Origin: Flavobacteriaceae bacterium
GTDB taxonomy: Bacteria > Bacteroidota > Bacteroidia > Flavobacteriales > Flavobacteriaceae
DNA length: 57,879 nt
Direction: 5' to 3'
Assembly: GCA_030830625.1 (NCBI GenBank)
Contig: JAURMQ010000091.1
Coordinates: forward strand, 1 to 57,879
Below are positions 19,490 to 30,400 of this stretch, piece by piece (the first letter of the stretch is position 1; each line of letters begins with the position of its first letter). The notes under the pieces were generated by a model. It was not told the DNA's origin and ran no database searches. It saw nothing but the letters and a program-made list of their open reading frames with translations. The position numbers were made by a program, and so were the translations under genes.

Positions 19490-21812
19490 GTCCAAAAAGA
19501 ATAAAGCGAAAAAAAACGATTTCAAAAAGTTTATCAGGGCTTTTTGGATTGTATTTCTCACCGGACTGTTGTCCGTAGTAGGTGTTTTTGGCCTTGCGGC
19601 TTTGGGTTTTTTAGGCCCTATGCCTCCCTTAGAACAGTTGGAAAACCCCAAGACCAATTTGGCCACACAAATCATTTCTTCGGATGGCGTCATATTGGGA
19701 AAATTTTATTTCAACGACAACCGTACTCCCATTACCTACGATGAATTGCCTCCAAATATAGTCGATGCATTGATCGCTACCGAGGATGAGCGCTATTTCG
19801 ACCATTCGGGAATCGATTGGCGGGGAACGCTTAGGGCCCTATTGTATTTGGGCAAAAAAGGAGGGGCGAGTACCATCACTCAGCAGTTGGCCCGTCAGCT
19901 CTTTGTTGGGGTACGATCCCGAAACAAAAAAGAGGCGGTGATTCAAAAAATAAAAGAGTGGGTACTTTCTGTTCAATTGGAAAGGCGTTACACCAAAAAT
20001 GAGATCATTGCCATGTACCTCAATGTTTATGATTTCGGATACAATGCCGATGGGGTTCGATCGGCCGCCAAAATCTATTTTGACACCACCCCTCAAGCCT
20101 TGACCATGGAACAATCGGCCACTCTGGTCGGCATGCTCAAAAATTCCTCTTTGTACAATCCCTTGCGTCGACCCCAAATGGTAAAAGAAAGGAGAAATGT
20201 GGTTTTTAGCCAAATGCTGAGAAATGAATTGATCACCGAGCACGAAAAAGACTCTTTATCGGCATTGCCCTTAAAAATCGATTATACCCCCGAATCCCAT
20301 CGCGAAGGTTTGGCGACCTATTTTAGGGCCTACCTTCAAGAATTTATGAAAAAATGGATCCGAGAAAATCCTAAGCCCGACGGCAGTTCATACAATATAT
20401 ACCGCGACGGTCTCAAAATTTTTACCACCATCGATTCCCGTTTGCAGGTCCTTGGCGAGGAGGCCGTTTCGGAGCATATGAAGAATTTACAAAAAGAGTT
20501 TTTTCGCCAAAATACCAAAAGGCAGAATCCCACAGCTCCCTTTTTGGATTTGCGTTCTGGCGAAATCGATACGCTTTTGACCCGAACGGCCTACCGAAGT
20601 GAACGGTGGCGAAAAGGCAAACTGGCGGGAATGGACGAAGAAGCCCTGTTGAAGAGTTTTTCCAAACCCGTACCCATGCAGGTGTTCAGTTGGAGAGGCG
20701 AAATCGATACCCTTATGTCTCCTATGGATTCGATTCGTTATTACAAACATTTCCTCAGGGCCGCCATGATGTCTATGGAGCCTCAAACGGGGCATGTTAA
20801 AGCCTGGATAGGAGGATTCAACTACAAACATTTCCAATACGATCAAGTCAACCAAGGCCGTCGACAAATTGGCTCTACCTTCAAACCTTTTTTATACGCC
20901 ACGGCCATCGATCAGCTCAAACTCTCACCCTGCGATAAATTGCCCGATGCGCTGTATTGCATCGATGCGATGAAACACGGCAATATAGACCCTTGGTGCC
21001 CCAAAAATTCGGGGGACCGCTATGGCCTCACACGAACGTTAAAAAATGCTTTGGCGAATTCGGTCAACACCATCAGTGCCAGAATCATGGATAGGGTTGG
21101 GCCGGGTCCAGTAATTGATTTGGTCAAAAAAACAGGGATTACTTCCCATATTCCTAATGTTCCCTCTATTGCATTGGGAACCCCCGACATTAGCCTTTTT
21201 GAATTGGTAGGGGCCTACAGCACTTTTGCCAATCAGGGAATTTACATTCAGCCCATAGTCATTACCCGTATTGAGGACAAAAATGGGATGGCTTTGTTTG
21301 AAGTAGTCCCCAAAACCAAAGATGTAATCAGTCAGGAAGCAGCCTATGTAACGGTCAACCTTATGGAAGGAGTCACCGAGCATGGATCTGGAGCGAGACT
21401 CAGACATGCAGGATTGGAAAAGACTAATTATATTTATGAAAAAGTAGTAAGCGGATATCCCTATATTTTCGAAAACCCCATTGCGGGAAAAACAGGGACA
21501 ACCCAAAACCAGAGTGACGGTTGGTTTATGGGAATGGTTCCCAACTTGGTGACGGGAGTTTGGGTAGGGGGAGAAGACCGTTCGATACATTTTAAGGAAA
21601 TTGGATTCGGACAAGGAGCGACCATGGCTTTACCCATATGGGGGCTCTACATGAAAGCAGCCTACGAAAACGAGGAATTAGGGATTTCTAAAGAAGAATT
21701 TGTACGCCCCGAAGTGGTAACGATTCCTCTGGATTGCGACGAAAACGAAAACGATTCCGATCCCAATGTTCCTGCAAAACCCAAGGCAGATTTAAATCAG
21801 TTGGGGTTTTGA
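19482..21812 (+). CDS. mrcA: penicillin-binding protein 1A (bifunctional transglycosylase/transpeptidase)
   Basis: 776 aa. GT51 motifs EDERYFDHSGID and GASTITQQLAR. Transpeptidase motifs STFKP, SVN and KTGTT. Confidence 0.93.
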   Translation: MSRSKKNKAKKNDFKKFIRAFWIVFLTGLLSVVGVFGLAALGFLGPMPPLEQLENPKTNLATQIISSDGVILGKFYFNDNRTPITYDELPPNIVDALIATEDERYFDHSGIDWRGTLRALLYLGKKGGASTITQQLARQLFVGVRSRNKKEAVIQKIKEWVLSVQLERRYTKNEIIAMYLNVYDFGYNADGVRSAAKIYFDTTPQALTMEQSATLVGMLKNSSLYNPLRRPQMVKERRNVVFSQMLRNELITEHEKDSLSALPLKIDYTPESHREGLATYFRAYLQEFMKKWIRENPKPDGSSYNIYRDGLKIFTTIDSRLQVLGEEAVSEHMKNLQKEFFRQNTKRQNPTAPFLDLRSGEIDTLLTRTAYRSERWRKGKLAGMDEEALLKSFSKPVPMQVFSWRGEIDTLMSPMDSIRYYKHFLRAAMMSMEPQTGHVKAWIGGFNYKHFQYDQVNQGRRQIGSTFKPFLYATAIDQLKLSPCDKLPDALYCIDAMKHGNIDPWCPKNSGDRYGLTRTLKNALANSVNTISARIMDRVGPGPVIDLVKKTGITSHIPNVPSIALGTPDISLFELVGAYSTFANQGIYIQPIVITRIEDKNGMALFEVVPKTKDVISQEAAYVTVNLMEGVTEHGSGARLRHAGLEKTNYIYEKVVSGYPYIFENPIAGKTGTTQNQSDGWFMGMVPNLVTGVWVGGEDRSIHFKEIGFGQGATMALPIWGLYMKAAYENEELGISKEEFVRPEVVTIPLDCDENENDSDPNVPAKPKADLNQLGF

Positions 21813-21862
21813 ACACATACCTTTTGAATAACTCCCATTAAAAGTTAAAAAAACAGAGCAAT

Positions 21863-22834
21863 ATGATTTACAGACGTTTTGGAAGAACGAATTGGCAACT
21901 GAGTGAAATCGGTTACGGCATGTGGGGTATGGGAGGCTGGAAGGAGTCGGATGATGCCCAATCCATGGAATCCCTGCACTTGGCGGTAGAGCGAGGAATT
22001 AATTTTTTCGATACCGCATGGGGCTACGGAGAAGGGCACAGTGAACGATTGCTGGGCCAATTGGTGAAAGCCCATCCAGCCACTAAAGTGTACACCGCCA
22101 GTAAAATTCCTCCAATGAATTTCAAATGGCCTGCAACACCCGAGTACACGTTTGAGGCCTCTTATCCCGAAAAACATTTACGAGCCTACACCGAAAAGAC
22201 CTTAACCAATTTGGGTTTGGATCAAATCGATTTGATGCAATTCCATACTTGGGACGACGGTTGGGCCGAGAAAGAGGAATGGCAACGGGGAGTGGAAGAC
22301 CTTAAAAAAGAAGGAAAAATTGCGGCTATGGGCATCAGTATGAACCGTTGGGAACCCGAAAACGGGATCAAAGCGCTGGAAACGGGATTGATCGATGCGG
22401 TTCAGGTCATTTATAATATTTTTGATCAAGCGCCCGAAGACCAGCTTTTCCCTTTTTGTAAAGCAAATGATATTGCCGTCATCGCCCGTGTTCCTTTTGA
22501 TGAAGGAACACTCACAGGAAACATTACCCGAGACACCGTTTTTCCTGAAGGCGATTGGCGGGGGACCTATTTTGTTCCTGAAAATTTAAAATCAAGTGCG
22601 GATAAAGCCGACCTCCTTCGACCGTTGGTGCCTGAGGGGATGGATATGGCCCAAATGGCTTTGAGGTTTATTTTGGAAAATAAAACCGTTGGAACAGTGA
22701 TTCCTGGGATGCGAAAACCAAAAAATGTAAAGGCCAATATCGATTGTAGCGATGGAGTGGCCATGGATAAAATACTTTACAACGAGCTCAAAAAACACCG
22801 ATGGGATCGAAAACCAACGGCTTGGTCTCAATAG
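21863..22834 (+). CDS. aldo/keto reductase
   Basis: 323 aa. GYGMWGMGGW...INFFDTAWGYGEGHSE...IDLMQFH, a typical AKR TIM-barrel pattern. Confidence 0.85.
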   Translation: MIYRRFGRTNWQLSEIGYGMWGMGGWKESDDAQSMESLHLAVERGINFFDTAWGYGEGHSERLLGQLVKAHPATKVYTASKIPPMNFKWPATPEYTFEASYPEKHLRAYTEKTLTNLGLDQIDLMQFHTWDDGWAEKEEWQRGVEDLKKEGKIAAMGISMNRWEPENGIKALETGLIDAVQVIYNIFDQAPEDQLFPFCKANDIAVIARVPFDEGTLTGNITRDTVFPEGDWRGTYFVPENLKSSADKADLLRPLVPEGMDMAQMALRFILENKTVGTVIPGMRKPKNVKANIDCSDGVAMDKILYNELKKHRWDRKPTAWSQ

Positions 22835-22980
22835 ATCTAAAGCTTTTTATAGAGACGACTCAGTAAGCAAATAATTTTGTGTGTTAAAATGCATTCTAAC
22901 AAAAAGTTAGTTTATGTACTCTACATTTTTACTTTAAACTTTATTCGGACACACAATCCTCAAAATCAATGGGCGTTCAA

Positions 22981-23433
22981 TCAGTGATCGTCAGCGTACC
23001 ATTCTGCGAATGCTGTTGCAGTTTCTCTCAATTTTAATGAAAACAATTTCAGATGTTTAGGTAATTTATCTTGAAGTTTTACTGCAAAGTCCAAAATCAT
23101 CATTTCGCTGGTGGGTTGGTAGTTTACTCTTAAGATTTTATGTCCTCTGCTTTCCATTTCGTCCGCAATTTCTTTATGAGGGGAGCTAACATTGAGCACG
23201 GTAGCATGGTCGAAGGGATGAACGATTTCTTGATTGACAATGGTTTTTAAATCTCCAAAATCGATCACCATTCCGTTTTTTACCGCTTCGGGATCTTCTA
23301 TGGGATGCCCTATTACGGTAACGTCAAGTTGATAACTGTGCCCATGAACATTTTTACAGAGTCCGTCATAGCCGTAGAGGGCATGTCCGGTTTCAAATTT
23401 GAATTGTTTGGTCACCCGAACTTTCTTATCCAT
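22981..23433 (-). CDS. queD: 6-carboxy-5,6,7,8-tetrahydropterin synthase (PTPS family)
   Basis: 150 aa from ATG 23433 (MDKKVRVTKQFKFETGHAL...CKNVHGHSY). The upstream gene's stop codon ends 1 nt before this start. Confidence 0.85.
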   Translation of the reverse strand: MDKKVRVTKQFKFETGHALYGYDGLCKNVHGHSYQLDVTVIGHPIEDPEAVKNGMVIDFGDLKTIVNQEIVHPFDHATVLNVSSPHKEIADEMESRGHKILRVNYQPTSEMMILDFAVKLQDKLPKHLKLFSLKLRETATAFAEWYADDH

Positions 23434-23434
23434 T

Positions 23435-24178
23435 TTAGATTGATTTGATCCTTTTTTGTGTAAAATCGGAAAGAGCCAATTGGGCAGTAATTTGAGCATT
23501 TTTGGGCAATAGCTCGCCCCAATGATCGGTATCTTTCCAATGCAATTTTCTCAATTCTTTTGTGGCTGCAGGGGCATAGCTTGCCAGCAGTGCTGCTTTC
23601 TGGTTAAGGACCTCATCCATGTGGGTTTCGTCTTTAAAATATTCGGCATAAAGTCCCTTCTCAAAACCCCATTCGGCCTTTTTCCACGAAACAGCATCCA
23701 ACGACAATTGAGCAAAAGCCGTTGTACCGATCTTACGACTCAATGCAGGTTCAATAACATAGGGCCCCAAGCCAATGGAAAGTTCGGAGAGTTTGATTAA
23801 AGAAGCTTCGGTAGCAAAAGCATAATCGCATGCCGATACCAATCCTACCCCCCCTCCTACGATTTTGCCGTGCACTCGGGCCAAAACAAATTTGGACATT
23901 TTTCTTAAGGTGTTGATCAAATGGGCAAAACCCATAAAGAAGGCAGTACTTTGGTCCAAATTTTTTATTTGCTTTAACTCAGTGAGCGAAGCGCCAGCGC
24001 AAAAGGCATTGCCCTCACTTTCCAAAACAATCACCCTTATGTCGTGATCCCGATCTGCCGTCTCAAATTGGTGTTTGAGTTCATGCAACAATGAAGTAGG
24101 CAAGCTGTTTCCTTTTGGATGAGAAAACAATATCCGGCCGATTTTATTTTTTTTTGCTAAGCGAACACTTCCTTCCAT
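23435..24178 (-). CDS. enoyl-CoA hydratase/isomerase family protein
   Basis: 247 aa. Crotonase-fold blocks NAFCAGASL and GKIVGGGVGLVSACD. Confidence 0.85.
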   Translation of the reverse strand: MEGSVRLAKKNKIGRILFSHPKGNSLPTSLLHELKHQFETADRDHDIRVIVLESEGNAFCAGASLTELKQIKNLDQSTAFFMGFAHLINTLRKMSKFVLARVHGKIVGGGVGLVSACDYAFATEASLIKLSELSIGLGPYVIEPALSRKIGTTAFAQLSLDAVSWKKAEWGFEKGLYAEYFKDETHMDEVLNQKAALLASYAPAATKELRKLHWKDTDHWGELLPKNAQITAQLALSDFTQKRIKSI

Positions 24179-24284
24179 GGTTATTCAAAAATAGCCAATC
24201 TATTTTGTTTTGGAGGGCTCTGCTCAAATTGAAAATTATTTTAAAAGCGATTTTCAAAAATCTTCATTACATTCAGCTCAGATT

Positions 24285-25193
24285 ATGCAAATGAAGTACA
24301 TCTTTTTGCCTATTTTGATTTTCACCTTTTTTTGTTGTGGGCCGTTGTTTTCCCAGCAATATGTGAATTTATCTGTGGATAATGATCTTTATTTTAATCG
24401 AGACTGGTATTATTCCAGTGGGATTTTTATCAGTTTTGGAAAATTGAGAGAAGCAAAAGATCAAAAGGAGTCATTTCCCCAAAAATATGTTCATTGGACT
24501 CTTGGTCAAGAAATCTATACCCCTTCAAAAAGGCACATTCGAGACGTCAGTAAGTTTGATTACCCTTTTGGAGGCTGGTTATTTTTGGAAAGCGCCTTCG
24601 AAAAATACCATAGTGCAACCTCGGTTTGGGGAGCTTCGATCAAGCTGGGCATCACGGGCAAAGCCTCGTTGGCGCCTTTTTTCCAAAATCTTTATCACGA
24701 TAAGGTTTTGGGATTGCCAGATGTAACCTGGGAACAGGCCCTTCCCCAAAGGCTGCATACCAACTTTAATGTCATGCACAAAAAACGTTTGGCCTTAGTC
24801 AATGGTTTGGCCTTGTTGTATGAGATGTTTGGGAATTTGGGAACCCAGCGGATAGCGACTGGAGGACGGTTGGGCCTCCTCCTAGGGTCCTCAAAGGCTC
24901 TTTCCTTTTTGGGAAATCCTTTGGAAATGCAAAGCAAGGCTAGAGCAATTTATTTGGGGACTCGGCAGGAGTACCGATATCACGATTATATGATATCGGG
25001 AAGTTTATTCGACAACGATGCCCCTTTTGTATTGACCCACATACCCTACAAAAACAGTATAGAGTTAGGCTTTGCATTGTATTCCCAAAAATGGAGATTT
25101 TTGAGCCTTTGGAACAGTGTTTCGAAAGACAATGGGCTTCAAAGAGGTTCACGACATTATTACCTCAACATTTCTATAGCAAGATTTTTATAG
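24285..25193 (+). CDS. LpxR-family (DUF2219) outer-membrane lipid A deacylase-like protein
   Basis: Signal peptide, then SVDNDLYFNRDWYYSSG, GQEIYTP and DYPFGGWLF blocks that resemble the DUF2219/LpxR pattern. Start set at ATG 24285; the ORF is open from 24210. Confidence 0.55.
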   Translation: MQMKYIFLPILIFTFFCCGPLFSQQYVNLSVDNDLYFNRDWYYSSGIFISFGKLREAKDQKESFPQKYVHWTLGQEIYTPSKRHIRDVSKFDYPFGGWLFLESAFEKYHSATSVWGASIKLGITGKASLAPFFQNLYHDKVLGLPDVTWEQALPQRLHTNFNVMHKKRLALVNGLALLYEMFGNLGTQRIATGGRLGLLLGSSKALSFLGNPLEMQSKARAIYLGTRQEYRYHDYMISGSLFDNDAPFVLTHIPYKNSIELGFALYSQKWRFLSLWNSVSKDNGLQRGSRHYYLNISIARFL

Positions 25194-25200
25194 CAGCAGA

Positions 25201-25860
25201 TCAAAGGGGCTTTTTTTTGGGATCCAGAATCCAATAATGAACGCCGATTAGAAAAGCTTTAAAATCATTTGTTTGATCACTCAGAGGATCCGACGCTTTT
25301 TTATAAAAACGGTATTGGGTGGATAGGGAAAATTTTTTCCAAACATTGTATTGTGCCGCAAACAGCCAACCAAAGGCATTTTTGAATCTTCCTTGAGGAT
25401 AGGTGGTACTCTGGTTTCTGAAGTCCACAATTTCGCTGTTTTGTGCAGTGAGAAGATGATTGTAGAGCAGGCCCGTTTCAAAATGAAGTTTTCTTGAAGG
25501 AAAAACGCGTAGGGTGAGCGGCATGCTCAGGTAGCTCAATTGGTCATGAGATTGATTGCGGGTCAAGTCGTATTGATAGTTGAGGTTGAAATAATCCCAA
25601 CCCGAATTTAAAGCTAAAGTTTTGGAAAACTTGTACTGAATGTAAACGCCAGTGGAGTATGAAATTTTGTAAATGCTATATTCTAATTGGCTGTTACCAT
25701 AAACCCCGTGGAAGTGGAGATCAAAATTCCATTTGCGATAAAAACCATCCAGATCTGGACCTTTGTTGTATTGCATCAGTAAGTTGGCATCGCCTTGGGC
25801 AAACCCTGCAGCAAATAAGGGCAGAAGTACCCATAACCATTTTACACTTGAAGCAGACAT
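25201..25860 (-). CDS. outer-membrane beta-barrel (porin-family) protein
   Basis: 219 aa from ATG 25860 (MSASSVKWLWVLLPLFAAGFAQ). Alternating beta-strand pattern rich in aromatic residues. Confidence 0.55.
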   Translation of the reverse strand: MSASSVKWLWVLLPLFAAGFAQGDANLLMQYNKGPDLDGFYRKWNFDLHFHGVYGNSQLEYSIYKISYSTGVYIQYKFSKTLALNSGWDYFNLNYQYDLTRNQSHDQLSYLSMPLTLRVFPSRKLHFETGLLYNHLLTAQNSEIVDFRNQSTTYPQGRFKNAFGWLFAAQYNVWKKFSLSTQYRFYKKASDPLSDQTNDFKAFLIGVHYWILDPKKKPL

Positions 25861-25951
25861 AGCAATAAAGATAATAGAATATAATACGATTATTGGAAAG
25901 AGGGTTTCTAAATTTAAACCATTGTTGTATTTTTGCCTCCTGTCCAAGAAC

Positions 25952-26028
25952 GGGGATGTAGCTCAGCTGGCTAGAGCGTTTGACTGGCAGTCAAGAGGTC
26001 GTGGGTTCGAGTCCCATCTTCTCCACCA
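25952..26028 (+). tRNA. tRNA-Ala (anticodon GGC), CCA encoded
   Basis: Hand-folded cloverleaf: acceptor GGGGATG/CTTCTCC with G3:U70, D arm GCTC..GAGC, anticodon loop CTGGCAG, T arm GTGGG-TTCGAGT-CCCAT, discriminator A, CCA. Confidence 0.9.
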
Positions 26029-26032
26029 AAAG

Positions 26033-26075
26033 AAACTCTATTCTCTTGTTTATCAAGGGTTTAGAGTTTTTGTTT
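26033..26075 (+). terminator. imperfect hairpin plus T-rich tail downstream of tRNA-Ala
   Basis: AAACTCTA (26033-26040) pairs with TAGAGTTT (26062-26069). An inner CTTG/CAAG pair is present, and TTTGTTT follows. Confidence 0.35.
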
Positions 26076-26094
26076 AGAGAGTAGAGTGCGATCA

Positions 26095-27372
26095 TTAATT
26101 TTCCAACTCGGAGGCAAGTTGTATCAACCAACTATCGATAGCTTCCTCAGGTACATCCAGTTTTCGATAGGTTGCTTTATAGATAGGATATCCACCCACT
26201 TCATCCTGGCTGTCTAAAATCTGTCCTTTTCTTTTCAGAAAATCCTGAACAATTCTTTTATCTACAGCATCCCTTTCTTTTGGACGTGCCCCAACATGTT
26301 CAGTGATATAGTCAACAACTTCATCAGCGGCTAAAGGCTCAAAACCCGTGGGCCAAACGGGCATCTCCGATAAGATGTTTATATTTCCATAGGTTAGAGG
26401 CAATGCTCTTCCCTTAATATCAAATGCCAAATTATCCTTCATGAATGCATCTCCCAAGGGAGCAACTAATGCCATTTTCTCTCGGGTATTTTTTCCAGCA
26501 TACATCACATTTCCTACAATACTTACCCTGCAATTTTCTGGTTCGAATCTTGCATTTACCCACTCCGATTTGGAGTAGTTCAATTGAATGGCAACCCTTC
26601 CCGGATTGTAAATTAGATTATTAACAATAACTCCCGTAGAATGGGCTTTAAAATAGGGGTTTCTCATGGCATTGTGCGCAAATAAATTACCCACAATAGC
26701 GATATCCCTGCAAAAATCATGTATCAGAGTACCCTTGGAATGCTCCCCTTTTTCATGAGAGGAATCACTCAGGCACTCTGCTATGATATTATTACTGAAT
26801 GTAATTTTGTGAGAAGTGAAGTCCGGGCCTTCTACCCTAGTTCCAGATGCGCTTAGATTTTCATCTACAGCCCATGTAAAGGAACAATGATCAATAATTA
26901 TATTATAAGCATTCCCTCCCGAGGTGGTCAATCCATCTGGAGACCAACCGCTTCTTTTAGGCTCTCCTGCATCGCCAGGTCTGACACGAATATGTTGGAT
27001 CACAATATCGTGCGTATTTATCCAGAATCCACCGCGAATAAAAGTAATACCTGGAAAAGGGGCTGTTTGTCCTGCAATGGTTAGGAATGGCTCTGTAATA
27101 TCCAAATTTCCCTTATTGAGATCAATTATACCTCCTACTTCAAATACTACAACCCGTGGCCCCTCAGTTTCAATAGCTTCTTTTATGGAGCCAGGCCCTT
27201 CAGGATCTAGAGTCGTTACCCGAATGATTTTTCCATTCAAACCTCCTCGAGTAGGATCACCAAATGCTATATTCCCAGGAATAATGTTTTGCGCAGTTGA
27301 ATGACCCATCAACATACAACACAGTACAATTGACATTGTCGATAACGGAATAAGTTTAATTGGTAACATCAT
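26095..27372 (-). CDS. pectate lyase-like right-handed beta-helix protein (PL1-like)
   Basis: 425 aa with a signal peptide. GGLNGKIIRVTTLDPEGPGSIKEAIETEGPRVVVFEVGGIIDL...LTIAGQTAPFPGITF...VIQHIRVRPGD matches the bacterial pectate-lyase N-terminal pattern. Confidence 0.7.
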   Translation of the reverse strand: MMLPIKLIPLSTMSIVLCCMLMGHSTAQNIIPGNIAFGDPTRGGLNGKIIRVTTLDPEGPGSIKEAIETEGPRVVVFEVGGIIDLNKGNLDITEPFLTIAGQTAPFPGITFIRGGFWINTHDIVIQHIRVRPGDAGEPKRSGWSPDGLTTSGGNAYNIIIDHCSFTWAVDENLSASGTRVEGPDFTSHKITFSNNIIAECLSDSSHEKGEHSKGTLIHDFCRDIAIVGNLFAHNAMRNPYFKAHSTGVIVNNLIYNPGRVAIQLNYSKSEWVNARFEPENCRVSIVGNVMYAGKNTREKMALVAPLGDAFMKDNLAFDIKGRALPLTYGNINILSEMPVWPTGFEPLAADEVVDYITEHVGARPKERDAVDKRIVQDFLKRKGQILDSQDEVGGYPIYKATYRKLDVPEEAIDSWLIQLASELEN

Positions 27373-27448
27373 GCCAGATTAATTTTTGAGTAGTAAAGGT
27401 TTTTAATAATATACTTCGAATGTATTATTTTCAAGGAAATTGCTTTCA

Positions 27449-30400
27449 TCAATGCGCTTTAGCTTGAAAGATATATTGGCCAGATCCTACTGTAAAGGTA
27501 ATGTACTCTCCGTCATTGACCCCCTCAGAAATTCCTACAACGCCCTCTTCGTCAGATTTATTTTCTGACCAAACGGTTTTTCCTCCTTCAGAGATGACTA
27601 TATTTTTCATACCCAGCCTTGGGATGCTAACAAAAGCTTCTGAATTGTATGGAATTTTTACTTCCAACGTAAAGGAATCGTGTTCTCTTTTCCACGACGA
27701 ACCAATTTCCCCTCTTACGGTAGTTACAAAAGCTTTTGCAAATTTTAAATCCCCCAATGGGTAAGGTTTTATGTAAAATGCTTTATACGCCGGTTCCATC
27801 GTGTCAATTCCATAAAAGTTAGGCCCTTGAATTCCAGCGAGATACCGATAGAAAAATTCGTTAACTCCCGCCAACATGGTCATGTTATCGGCGCGTCTTC
27901 TTCCACCAACAGACGCAAAATCTCTTCCCCAACTCTCCCATATTGTTGTCGCTCCTTGTTCTACCATATATCCCCATCCGGGATAGGTTTTTTGATTTAC
28001 AATATTGAACATAACTTCGCCCAAACCATTGCTGGTCAATGCCTCCACCAATGCAGAAAGACCAGCATGTCCTACCATTAAATGTCCCGAATTTTTTACG
28101 GTAATGGTATGCTCTATCCCTTTTAAAAGTTTTGCGGTATGTCCTTCCGGCACCAATCCCAATGAAAGGGGTAACAGCTCGGCGGTTTGAGATCTTGAAG
28201 AGTATCTGCTGTTCTGGTAATCAAAATATTTTGTATTAAATGCCTTTTTAATACTCTCCGCTAAAGCACCATATTGATCGGCATCTTCTTTTTTATGGAG
28301 TAGTTGAGCCATTTCACTTACAATGTGGGCGTTTCTAAAATATAGAGCCGTGTAGGACAAGCTGGGGGGTGTTTCGTCCGAACGGTATCTTTCGTATCCA
28401 GGAGCAAGCCCGGGGACCATATGATCTCCAAGCCAACCGCTACTGACAATTTCTCCTTCGCACATCTGCTCCCTTATATAATCTACCCATTTCTTAATGG
28501 TCTCGTAATGTTCAGCTATCAGTTCAATGTCGCCATATGATTGGTACAAATACCAAACCAACATGGCATAGGCCGATCCTTGTGATACATCAGGAACTCG
28601 AGGTTTGCCAGGAAATGCAGGAATAACGTCTCCTACACTGCCATCTGCTCTTGCAGCAAAACGGATGTCTGTAGCGTATTTCTTCCAGAAACGCGGCATA
28701 TTTTTTCGGGTATAAAGGCTTGCTCCAATACTTGCAGGTTCGTTATATCCATAAGGTTCTCTGTGCAAACAATCCAAAAGAAATCCTTTTAAAGAATTGC
28801 TCAGGGTCCTGTTTACATTATCGTGAATAGAATTGAACAACTCATTGGAACAATCGAAATCTCCACTCAAATCTTCGTCGTTTTGAACAATTCTTCCCTC
28901 CAAATCGTTTAACAATGGCTTATATTTTAATCCTTTTACCTGAACATATTGAACAGGATGATACGTAAAACGAGGTTCATAACACTCTCCTTTTGGGTCC
29001 CCACTCAGAATGTAATCATCTCTTTCTTGCTCCCCTGGCCATGGTTCATCATCTAAAAGTCCTGATTTCAATAATCTTGTGGAATATTCAAGGGTTACAG
29101 TATCGCCACGCTGCCCTTTCATTTTAAGCTTAGCCCAGCCTCCAAAAAGCTGGTCGAATGAAAACAAATAAGTTCCCGGTTTCGGTTCTTCCAGTTTTAT
29201 CGGTTTTAGGGTTTCTACAACTTTCATAGCAGGCATAATAAGTGAAGACAATTTTCCAGTCGGCCCATCATCTTCTTGAGCAGACGTCCAGCTACTATCG
29301 TTGAAATTTGGGCTACACCAGCCTGAAATTTCTTTTCGAGCATCGTATTTTTCACCAAAGTCTATATCATTCTCCCCAATGGGTGCAGCTGTCGTTTTCC
29401 AGGATTGATCACTGGATATACTTGCAAAGGTACCGTCTTCATATTCAATATTGAGTTGTAATAATAATTGAGGCTTATCGCTCCAACATTCAGGATAATC
29501 AAGAACTGTGGCACTGTACCAACCGTTGCCAAGTATTACTCCAATGGCATTGTTCCCTGGAGAAAGTTTTGAGGTGACGTCATAGGTCATATACTTTACC
29601 GATTTATGGTAATCGGTGTGGGCAGGAGTTAATACGTCTTCACCAACCTTATCTCCATTTAGGTAGAGTTCGCTCAAACCCAAACCAGAAAAATAAACTT
29701 TGGCCCTTTTAATGTTTTTTGTAACGGCAAACTCTTTTCGCAACAATTGTGCTTTGCCCGGCGGGTCTGACCTGTGTTTAAAATTACTCTTCAGTTGGCC
29801 TTCAAATTCCCAAGATCCGATAAGGTCCATTGATTTGAGGGAACCTTCCATCAAGCGATCTATTTCGGCGACTTGGAGTCCATTGCGATAAACAGTTAAT
29901 TCATCAATCCCCCCTGTAAAAAATTCTTTCTGATTTTGGTTTGAACCAATATATGCAGTGGCATATCCTCGTGGGCTTATAAGCCCCAGATTAGTTATAG
30001 CTTTTATTTCCTTTCCATCAGCATAAAATCGTTTCGCCGTTCTGTCGAATGATACGGTAATCATATGCCACTTTTTATCATCGAAAAAATCTTCAGGAAG
30101 CGAGGCACAGTCTTCCTCATAAACCGTATTGATCCCCAGGCCAAACCATATTCCCTTTTGTCCATTTTTCTTCCCAATGGACAAAAGTTGGGAGGCATCT
30201 CCATCTTCCTTCCGGTAAACGGTTTGCATATCATCGGTAAAGGAGTCGGGTTTAATCCAGACGTTTATGGCGATACCATCCTCGAGTTTGGCCAAACGAT
30301 GAAACCTTCCTTTGATGGGCTGATCTTTTCCAAACAGCTGAACGGCTTTTCCTCTTTTTCCGATACCATAAGAAAGATTATTAAAAATCCGTTCCCCTAT

